Below, in pieces: positions 53,602 through 64,000 of a DNA stretch of 64,000 nucleotides (positions within the stretch are counted from its first letter, which is position 1; each line of letters starts with the position of its first letter). This DNA comes from Octopus vulgaris (lineage: Eukaryota). Both the position numbers and the translations under genes were made by a program. The notes below the pieces were generated by a model, which had not been told where the DNA came from, searched no databases, and saw only the letters and a list, made by a program, of their open reading frames with translations. The stretch lies in assembly GCA_951406725.2 (NCBI GenBank), contig OX597833.1, positions 21,266,001 to 21,330,000 of the forward strand, given 5' to 3'.

Positions 53602-54809
53602 GGATCTTTTCGCTTTGACCGGCAGATTTTTAAAATAATTCTTTGCGCAGGAGTGGCTGTGTGGTAAGTAGCTTGCTAACCAACCACATGGTTCCGGGTT
53701 CAGTCCCATTGCGTGGCATCTTGGGCAAGTGTCTTCTACCATAGCCCCGGGCCGACCAATGCCTTGTGAGTGGATTTGGTAGAGGGAAACTGAAAGAAGC
53801 CTGTCGTATATATGTATATATATATATAAGTGTGTGTGTATATGTTTGTGTGTCTGTGTTTGTCCCCCTAGCATTGCTTGACAACCGATGCTGGTGTGTT
53901 TACGTCCCCGTTACTTAGCGGTTCGGCAAAAGAGACCGATAGAATAAGTACTGGGCTCACAAAGAATACGTCCCGGGGTCGATTTGCTCGACTAAAGGCG
54001 GTGCTCCAGCATGGCCGCAGTCAAATGACTGAAACAAGTAAAAGAGTAAAAGAGAGAAAGAGTAACTAAACACTTTTAAACTTCGTATACTGGTAGAATG
54101 TGTTTATAAAACATCTTTTTCTCTTGGCTTTATTGAGAAAATTCTGTAGTTTGTAAGATATTTGTTGTTTAATTTCTTGCGTTTCGGCAATTTCAACCAA
54201 TCAATGACGTCTATTGAGGTGAAAACGATTTCTGCCGTAAACATTTTCTGGCGGTGCCATATAAAAATGTCCCTGTTATTTATGAGAAAAAAGATACCCT
54301 GTGGCCATAAAATGAGGGGTCACTCGTAAACAGCGCTTGATAACAAAACCGTTCCCTCTTTAGTGTCGACCCATAATTATGACCCTAGTATCGATCTATT
54401 ACATTTCAATCTGTTTTAGGGTTAGGGTTAATTAAAACTGCATATGTTGTGAACTTAGAATATGTGTTTATTAATAAACGTTTAATAACGATAATCTTTT
54501 ATTCATACGAACGTAACTGATATGAAATATGTCATAAATAACAGTGACAAATTCATATGACACCGCAAATAATTGTTGTTGACACACTACGACAGAAATC
54601 GTTTTCACCTCAATAGGCGTCATTGATTGGTTGAAATTGCCGAAATGCAAGAAAATAAACAACAAATATCTTACAAACTATAGAATTTTTTCCAGAAAGC
54701 CAAGAGAAAAAGATGTTTTATAAACACATTCTACCAGTATACGAAGTTTAAAATTTTTTAGTTACAAAGAAATTATTTTAAAAATTTGCCGGTCAAAGCG
54801 AAAAGATCC
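53602..54809. mobile_element. Long-TIR MITE with GGATCTTTT termini and 8-bp TSD (Merlin-like by inference), nested in a SINE A and carrying a SINE B
   Basis: About 220-bp inverted arms; TSD GACCAGCC/GACCAGTC at 53594-53601 and 54810-54817; SINE B at 53645-54060; host SINE A (minus) at 53555-53601 and 54810-54980. Confidence 0.85.
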
Positions 54810-55501
54810 GACCAGTCGATTAGATCGATCCAAGTACGTAACTAGTACTTAATTTATCGACCCCGAAAGGATAAAAGGCAACGTCGACCTCGGCGAAAAT
54901 TGAACTCAGAACGTAAAGACAGATGAAATAGCGCTAAGTATTTCGCCTGGCGTGCTAACGTTTCTGCCAGCTCGCCTCCTTGAAAGTTTTATATTACTTC
55001 AAACCGTATGAAAGAAGAGCTAACTAAAAGATCTGTAAAGTACGGAGATTTAGGACAAACTTATGAAAATGATTTGAACAAGTGAAGAGTTAAATACGCA
55101 AGAGCAATTTTAATATCTAAGAACAATGGCTGAATTGTCCTCGCAGCATCGATACTGAGGCTGGCAGTATCGATAGGGAATCGGACAAAATACCTTAGCG
55201 GATCTCGTTATGTTACTTTACTTTCTGAGTTCAAATCCCCAAAAGGTGGATTTTGTCTTTCATCGCTTGTACCGTCAATGAGTACCAGTCACGTGGTAAC
55301 AAGGTTCAATATAAAGGAAGTTAATTAACAGGATTGTTAGGGCGTTGGGTTGAATGCTTTGCAATATAAATCCAGGGGGCCCCAGTTCAAACCACACCGA
55401 GCTGAAGTCTTTCAGCATTTTTTGACATCGATAAATAAACAGTTCAGTTTTCGAACAGACTCCCCACCTCTCTCTCTCTCTCACTCCCCCTCTTATCTCT
55501 G

Positions 55502-55570
<69 letters not shown>

Positions 55571-56523
55571 GTCTGTCTGTCTGTTTCTCTATCTATCTAT
55601 TTATCTATGCGTCTGTTTATCTATCTGTCTGCCCCTCTCTCTCTCTCTATTTTACCCGTAATTCAAAGGTTCAGTCTTTTCACATAGTGGGACGCTGATT
55701 CGGCCTGAGAATTGCATTAGAGGTACACATATCCGGAGAATACCACCACCCCACACAAAAAAGAAAGGAGTCACAAGGCTTTCCCGAGCCATAGACTCAT
55801 GAGGCCGAGATCAACCTTGCCGTTCATCCTTTTGATGAAATAAGCACCAACTGAGCACTGGGGTCGATGTAATCAACTTAAAACCCCTCTACCTAAAACT
55901 GCTGGCCTTGTGCCAAAATTTGAAACCATTAGTCTCCTCATTCTCACCTTAGCAGGCAGCTTACCAGTCAACCTTTTGTATATAACCAATGATGGTATGA
56001 TGACAGACACTAAAGGATGGTGGAAATTAAAACCTCTAAATTTACCCTTTTTGTATTCTTGGATGTCATGGCCGTTCTTTCTAAATGAAAACAAATATTA
56101 AGTTTTAAAGCCTGTAATTTCCGCCACTTAATTTTCCGTTTGGAACAAGATCATGATTGATATGTGTTCATTAAGTATGTATCAAGGCGTGCTGGTTTAC
56201 CTAGTAGGTATAAGTGCAATGTTTGATTAGTACATCTTATATACTCTAGTTGCAGTTCCGGGGACGAGCAAGCGGCATCTCATGTAATGAGTATTTCAGG
56301 TATAGACGACAAAATGAGAACAATCTATAACTTTGGGGCTATCATAAGTAAGTTTCGGTTCAAAATTATATGGGCGTTACTGAATGCGAGGAGCATCTGA
56401 AGAAGTCCGGACCTGTTTAAAGGCCGAAACGTTGCGACCATAACAACCAAGATAAAATCGCAGCTCCGAATAAATTAGTATTTAGTAATGATTCGGAAAC
56501 TCAAACAATACTGAATGTAATGT

Positions 56524-56730
56524 AAGGCGGCGAGCTGATAGAATCGTTATCACACCGTTAGAGGCATTTCGTCTATCTATACGCTCTGGGTTCAAGTTCC
56601 GCCGAGGTCGACTTTGTCTTTCATCCTTTCGGATTCGATAAAATAATTACCAGTTGAAAACTGGGCTTGAGGTAATCGACTTACCCCTCCCCTAAAATTG
56701 CCAGCCTTGTGCCAAAATATGAAACCAATA
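56524..56730 (+). mobile_element. SINE family A
   Basis: Family homology. Confidence 0.75.
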
Positions 56731-57999
56731 CTGAGTGCAATAGAAAATTACTTTGGTGGTTAAATTGGTGTAATGGTGAAATAGGGTGACCTTTTTGTAT
56801 CCTTTTCGTATTCTTTGATTTCAAATTCAAATTTCTAATCCAGTCTTATGCTTTGAGTGAGTAATTACACTCCTATGTATTAACGACGCCATGCATGAAT
56901 ATATTGTTATTCTGGTGAAATTAACAAAAAGATAAGACTGGTGTAGGGTAAAACTGCAAACTGCGTTACGAAATTGAAACAGGGTTGAATTGTTGAGGTC
57001 CAACATAAAATTTAAAATCAAAACTAGGCGCAAACGGAAAACTAATTAAGTATACGCTTTGCTCATATATCGAGTAACAGCTACCATGAATTACCTATTT
57101 ACATTTAGGAAGAGCGAACCGAATGTGTTTTGATCACACTCACAGCGTAGCAATAACGAAAGCACATAAACCATTGGCTGATCAGCCAGTAATCTTCCTA
57201 CATACTTTTACTTTCACTTTAGTCGCTATAATATTATGTCATCAACACTATAAACCACGTCAGGTTTGTTAATGGGTTGGTATATTTTATATCACCAACC
57301 AGGTCATCCTTGCAACGAATCGTTTAAAGGAAATAATTCGCAGATATTTTCGAACAGGTTTAGAGCATGTGAATTATACTTTCTACATGTTCACGTAATC
57401 GATATTTATTGTCAAAAACCGAAAGCTTCAAAGCATACAAGTCTTTCATAAGCTTAAACAAAACAAGTATACCTACCTATTTACCTACCCACATACCTAA
57501 GTACCTACCTGGTTATATATATACATGAGTGTGTGTGTGTGTGTGTATCATCATGAACACATACATACATACGTGCGTACATTCGTACATACAAACATGC
57601 ATATATACATACATACATACATACATAAATACATACATACATACATAAATACATAATACATACATACATACATACATACATACATACATACATACATACA
57701 TACATACATACATACATACATACATACATACATACGTACGTACGTACATACACGGATATATATACAAACGTATATACCTGTTATTTAATTTCACTACAAC
57801 CTAGAAGCCAGCTTCTCTACAGAGAAACTCGCGCCTTTATATGTATTCTTACCTGTAGCAGTTTTACATCGTTTTATTTCTCTTTTTATTCACAGATGCC
57901 TATAAGATTATTCGACTCAACAAAATACTCCACCTCCTCCATACTTCTCTAGAACTATCCAAAGCTAATAACGATGTCTATCCATCCATCAATCCATCC

Positions 58000-58500
58000 G
58001 TCCATCAATTTCTCCCCCCACTATTCTTGGGAGTATTGTAGGGGCAGAGCCCTCAGTCACCTCCTGCACAGGGTCCTATCAGAACCAACCGTCATTACAC
58101 TCTCCGTATGGATTCCAAAATGTGACTTTGGGTACTATACGATCATCTCGTTCTTCGTCTATCCCCTGGGTTTTCTGTCGATTGGCTCAGCTTGAAGAAC
58201 CCTTCTGGCGATCCTTTCCTGTGGTATTTCTTATCACATTTCGGTATTACCAGGGCTGTGACCTCTCAATGCAGAGAAGTAGGACTTGTCCTGGAGAGAC
58301 TTCCTGACCCCCGAACCACGCACCCTCTTAATAACGTTACTCCAGATGTCCTTCGGAGGAACCCTATCGACACCGATTGTATTCGCGATGTCTCCCTGAA
58401 ATTAAATACATCTGACAAAGCCACACTATGTGGTGAGCTGATGACTTATAGAAACAACAACTGTAAGCCATTTCGCCCGACATTAAATATATTTTGCTCT
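58000..58500 (-). mobile_element. Probable RTE-like LINE 3' fragment, heavily decayed
   Basis: Minus-strand remnants (RKPRG..TKNE; GHLE) and a 3' stem-like end; weak. Confidence 0.4.
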
Positions 58501-58529
58501 CTATTTGTCTTAATATAATCTTAATGGCT

Positions 58530-59130
58530 ATAAGGTGACGAGCTGCCAGAATCGTTAGCACGCGGACGAAATGCATACTCTTTTACTCTTTTACTTGTTT
58601 CAATCATTTGACTTCGGCCATGCTGGAACACCGCCTTTAGTCGAGCAAATCGACCCCAGGACTTATTCTTTGGAAGCCTAGTACTTATTCTATCGGATCT
58701 CTTTTGCCGAACCGCTAAGTTACGGGGACGTAAACACCAGGTTAATAACTGCATAAACATACATACATACATACAGACAGACAGACATATATATATATAT
58801 ATATATATAAACAATTGAATAATAATTGATGGGTATAGAGGTACCTGTACACCCATCTATTATTATTCGTTTGTTTCTATAGATATATGTATGTATATAT
58901 ATTTCTTTACTACCCACAAGGGGCTAAACACAGAGGGGACGAACAAGGACAGACAAACGGATTAAATCGATTACATCGACGCCAGTGCGTAACTGGTACT
59001 TAATTTATCGACCCCGGAAGGATGAAAGGCAAAATCGACCTCGGCGGAATTTGAACTCAGAACGTAACGGCAGACGAAATATGGCTACGCATTTCGCCCG
59101 GCGTGCTAACGTTTCTGCCAGCTCGCCGCT
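58530..59130. mobile_element. SINE cluster: A head (+, 58530-58575), B tail (-, 58577-58745), full A (-, 58900-59130)
   Basis: Family homology. Confidence 0.8.
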
Positions 59131-59312
59131 TGCCGCCTTATCTTATATGTATGTATATATATTTGTTTATGCATTCGTTAATTTGTATCACTCGTACATA
59201 TGTGTATAAGCATTTAATAAATAGACATAATTGAATGTTTACTGGCTGTCTGTGGTTTATATAGCCCTCTCTCCATTTTCTTATTTGTTATATGTGTGTA
59301 TTGTGCGTGTGT

Positions 59313-59364
<52 letters not shown>

Positions 59365-60119
59365 AATAAAGAAAAAGTTCTTGGTACAGTATTATATATA
59401 TATATTCGAAAGAATGAGTAGAGATGGCTTATATATGTATATTGATACGGCATCGGAATGTCGCTATGCAGTAGCATCAAATGCAAAACTATGGTCGACT
59501 ATATCGACCGCAATACATGTCTGGTACTTTGTTCTATGAAGCTTCTCAACCGGAGAAAGTTAACGCAAGAAAAAAATCAACGCTCATACAAATTTGAATT
59601 CAGAACGTAGAGGCTCATAACTCAATGCTCGAAGACAATTTATCTGATGTTTTACCGAATTTACCATTCTCTTACTCTAATAACGTTTTTTTATCTGGAT
59701 TTTAAGTTTATCGAGAGAATATTAATATATTAATATTTGCATTTTGTGTCTGTTTTGCTAAAAACTTCCAACGATTTACTGTCAAATATAACGATTTTGT
59801 TTTTGTTTTTGTTTTTGTTTTTTGGCCAAATTCCATTCTTGCTTCTCTTGAGACATATTTTCTGCTTCTTATATAAAAATCGGAGGAAGGTGGGGGGTTG
59901 ATCTCCATATTATCGATAAAGACGCGTGGAATAGTAGTGACTTCATGCTGTTTAACCCTTGTTTCACTCCACCTGTGATCTTTTCAGAAATATTTAGGGA
60001 GATTATCTGATCTAATTTTTCTTAAATGGATGGATGGATGGATGGATGGATTGGTGAAAGGATGGGTGGATGGGCGTTATGAAGAAGAAAAAGGAATTGG
60101 ACAAATTCCTTCTTATTTT

Positions 60120-60640
60120 TTACTTGATTCTATCATCGAACTACGGCCATGCTTGGACACAACTTTCAAGGGTTTTAGTCGAACAAATTGACCCTGGTAC
60201 TCAATGGGGATTTTTAAAAGTCGGGAACTTATTCTGTAGGTATCTTTTATCAACTAAGACTGACAGACAGACACACACACCTGTGCGCGTATATATATGT
60301 ATGTATGCATGTATGTATGCATATATGTATTATGTATGTATGTATGTATGTATGTATGTATGTATGTATGTATGTATGTATGTATGTATGTATGTATGCA
60401 TGCACGTACGTATGTATGTATGTATGTATGTATGTATGTATGTATGTATGTATGTATGTATGTATGTATGTATGTATGTGTGTATGTATGTATGTATGTA
60501 TTTATGCACGTATTCGATAGGATTCCTCGCAGTATCTGTCTACCAAATTCAATCAAGACATTAGGTAGCCTGGAGTTATAGTAGAAGACATTTTTTCAAG
60601 GTACGCAAAGTGTCTGAACCCAAAACCACGTGGTCAAAAA
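60120..60640 (-). mobile_element. Degenerate SINE family B with internal (TATG)n
   Basis: Residual tail and head homology. Confidence 0.55.
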
Positions 60641-62025
60641 CTAACTTAATAAGATTGAGAGCTTTTCCCAATTTTTTAAACTTATCCGATCTTATGCTGA
60701 AGAAAGGAGAACTCAATGGACGCAGACTATTTTGTTTTCTCATGAATAAAGAGTGGGGTGGAGGTACCAAAATTTCCAGTAGTATTTGGTGTTGGTCTGG
60801 TATTATTTGTTAGTTAAAGAACCACTGAACTAATATGCCCATCTTTTTTCTAAGAGATTAGAGTGTCTCGATGGAAATTTGATTGCTATTTTTACTAGAT
60901 TCGTGTCACCTCGTAGAATCTCCCGTATTTGACTTGTAGTAATGCTTTTGTTTTTGACCTTAAAGTCCTCTCTCACTGCCTCTTCTACCACTTCGAAATC
61001 CTTTGCTCTCAGGAGCAGCCAAGCTGTATATTACCCACCTTCCTACATTCATAGCCGACATACTCATCTTTCTTCGTTTCACGATCTCTATTCTTTCTCG
61101 CTCACAATAAAAATCATGTCCGGAAAATTCGCCGTAAAAAAATTTCGCCGCATGGACAATAATGAAGCGTATTATATAAGTATTTTTTTAAATAATAAAA
61201 AAAGAAATAATGCTTAAAGATTTTATAAAAGCATTAAATAGGCAAGTCTTTATTCAATGTCAAACATTAAAAATACGCGATGAGGTTATTTGCAACGAAA
61301 TTTCTTATGGTGAATTTTCATACGACAAAAATGTTTACGGTGAAAGCTGCTACAACCAGTAAAAGTTACTCATGCCTTACATTACTGGGTAAGAACTGCA
61401 ACCAACTGGAATTATCAACCATTCGGCTACCATACTGTGTTACGTTTCATGTAGATGTTGACTTAGACGTGTTCAAACATGCCAATAGTATCCATCTAGT
61501 CAGTCCCGATGGGAGCGGAAAGCTGTTAAAACTACAGAACACTGCCTCTGACTAAATCTCAAACGACAGATAAGTACGTATGAAGAAAGTGTGAGAATTT
61601 ATCGGAAAACTACTGTGTTATACAGCTGTGCCGTCTGAAGTAAGGAAATATCGCAGAACTCTGGTGATAGTATGGCTTGATTACAGAAAGGTATCACTAC
61701 ACTTGTGAAAAGTATCTGCTGCTCTAGTTGTTGTCATAGAAACGCTCTCAAAGATCTGGTCAACAGTACTCATAATTGTAACAGAAAATAGAACGATATT
61801 CTCCGATGTTATAAATTTTTCAAGAGGAATGTTTCATGGAGACAGTCTGTCTGTTATTATGCTAATTTGAGCATCAAATGTATTGTAAGAAACGTTAGAG
61901 CGTTGGGAAGAATGCTTTGCGCTATTTCTTCCGGTTCTTTATGTTCCGAGTTCAAATCCCGCCAAGGTCAACTTTGCCTTTCATCCATCCGGTTACCAAT
62001 AAAAGAAAGTATCAATCAAAATTGC

Positions 62026-62446
62026 GGATCTTTTTGGTTTGAACGGGAGTTTTTTTTAATAATTTCCACGTAACTAAACACTTTTAAACTTCGTATACTG
62101 GTAGAATGTGTTTATAAAACATCTTTTTCGCTTGGCTTTATTGAGAAAATTCTATAGTTTGTAACATACTTGTTGTTTTTTTTCTTCAATTTCGGCAATT
62201 TCAACCAACGACGTCTATTGAGGTGAAAACATTCTGTGCCGTATGAATATGTCCCTCGTTTAAGAAACAGGTTGGGTTTATTTACATTTCTGAAGAAAAA
62301 AAGATACCCTTTCCTCCACCCCTAACCCTAACTAACCCTAACCCTAAAACAGATTGAAATGCAATAGATCGATACTAGGGTCATAATTATGGGTGACAAT
62401 TTCATGACATCGCTAGAAAAAACTGCCGTTCAAACCGAAAAGATCC
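62026..62446. mobile_element. MITE with GGATCTTTT termini and 8-bp TSD, containing (CCCTAA)n
   Basis: TSD AAAATTGC at 62018-62025 and 62447-62454; internal homology to 53602-54809. Confidence 0.85.
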
Positions 62447-62937
62447 AAAATTGCTAGTCTTGAGCTTAAACGGAAAACAAAGAATTATTAAAAATTAATT
62501 AACAGCGACAGAAGGAATATTAATCTGTATCTCCAACTTAACGTAGAATACTGAGTTAGGGTTATCTTGAGAGAAGCACCCATATGGACTCCCATTTAGA
62601 TTCGAGTGCTATCATGCACCACGAATCTATATGAGAGGTGCTCTCAAGTTAAAAAATGCAGTATTCTGTGTTCTACCACAAGATCCAAGTAATGTTGGAG
62701 ATAAAAATTGATTTAAAGAATCATTAATTTTACCAAAATAAATATTCATATTTGGTAGATGAACGCAAGAAAACGGTTTTCCAGATTCCAAAATCCATAA
62801 TTTTTACACGAATGATCTTTCTATCTTCCTTGTTCCACTCGATGAGTGATACAAATACCTAGGTACTGAAAGAAATATATCATACAAAGGTGCTATAAAT
62901 AACGATATAGTGACCAAGGAATATTATATCAGACTAA

Positions 62938-63310
62938 AGTGGCGAGCTGTCAGAAACATTAGCACGCCGGGCGAAATGCTTTGCGATATTTCGTCTGCTG
63001 CTACGTTCTGAGTTCAAATTCCGCCGAGGTCGACTCTGCCTTTCATCCTTTCGGGGTCGATTAAATAAGTACCAGTTACGCACTGAGGTCAATGTAATCG
63101 ACTTAATCCGTTTGTCTGTCCTTGTTTGTCCTCTGTTTAGCCCCTTGTGGGTAGTAAAGAAATATGTATTTCGTCTGTCTCTACGTTCTGAGTTCAAATT
63201 CCTTCGAGGTCGACTTTGCCTTTCATCCTTTCGGGGTCGATAAAATAAGTACCAATTGAGATCTCTCCCGAAATTTCAGGCCTTGTACCAAAGTTTGAAA
63301 TCAATATTGT
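62938..63310 (+). mobile_element. SINE family A dimer
   Basis: Family homology. Confidence 0.85.
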
Positions 63311-64000
63311 ACCAGACTAAAAGTATAAACACAGAGCATTCCTCTTAAGTGAAGATTATATCCCACGATGCATTTGCAGTAGTAGGAATGGTATTGGCGT
63401 TTGAGATACTTGCTAGGTTTTAGAGGAAAAGCACCCCGTAGATATTATAACTTGCAAGATATTGACTTCGGTAGGAAGCTTCCGCATAAGCAGTAATATT
63501 GACAAGCTCAGTCTCAGAAGAAAGGATGTTTTAGATCAATGCAGCTAGCTTTTAAGTGCTATATGGTAGCACTCGAAACAGCCATGTCAGATAAAAAGAC
63601 AAATATTCCATCTAAATGCTGGAAAATGAAGAGAACAAGGCCTTAGAGGGCAGTAATGAAATCTGCAAAAAATATCCGAGTAAGGTGTCTGTAAAAGATA
63701 TTACACATGGAATCATTATCTGCCCAAAGACAGCTCTTGAACCAGACACCCGTGTCCACATGTGTCCTCTTATGACAAGACCATAAGACTGTCCTTTTCG
63801 TTAAATGCCATGTCCATTTTTGAGATTCCTGAATCTAGAGATTACTTCCCATTTTCAAGCGGAGCTGGTTTAAATTGTAATTAGGATACTTGATCTAGAG
63901 GCGGACATAATTATAATAAATCAAGAATTCATGTTGTGATATTTGATATCTTTGTATTTGTCTCTGATGTTCAGATAAATGCCACTGGCCATTCTGAGTT

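Larger units (their letters stand above)
61360..63750 (+). mobile_element. Old fragmented R4-like LINE reverse transcriptase region interrupted by SINEs and a MITE
   Basis: VWLDYRK (~61670), RGMFHGDSLS (~61824-61853), YKYLG (~62850), SNIDKLSLRRK (~63495), collinear with RT motifs. Confidence 0.6.

Noticed and set aside
57847-57900. Strong minus-strand donor (CAG|GTAAG) and plus-strand acceptor (polypyrimidine-CACAG)
   Set aside because: No partner site or open frame found; isolated splice-like motifs are common by chance
61120-61360. Possible MITE with short subterminal repeats (AAATTCGCCG)
   Set aside because: Too degenerate to define termini or a TSD

Overview
Eukaryotic, AT-rich, repeat-dominated window with no protein-coding gene I can support. 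Almost all ORFs in the track are translations of microsatellites ((TA)n, (CA)n, (TACA)n, (AAT)n, (TAGA)n) or of SINEs. The repeat landscape looks like an octopus/coleoid cephalopod genome (inference from SINE families and microsatellite density). Contents: dozens of tRNA-derived SINEs from about four families, decayed LINE fragments (R4/Dong-like, HERO-like, RTE, L1/Tx1), a Penelope RT/GIY-YIG fragment, Helitron-like and MITE elements, and a solitary 5S rRNA-derived copy. The main discovery is a near-perfect 396-bp tandem array (44125-47916, about 9.6 copies) in which every unit carries a type I hammerhead ribozyme with a GUC cleavage site and an upstream antisense segment able to sequester the ribozyme. 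This is the architecture of a non-LTR retrozyme (a putative circular-RNA-producing element). Three further dispersed hammerhead families, plus one weak candidate, occur in the window, several with non-canonical core bases (A6U, U4C). Repeat boundaries were read by eye and are approximate unless termini are quoted.
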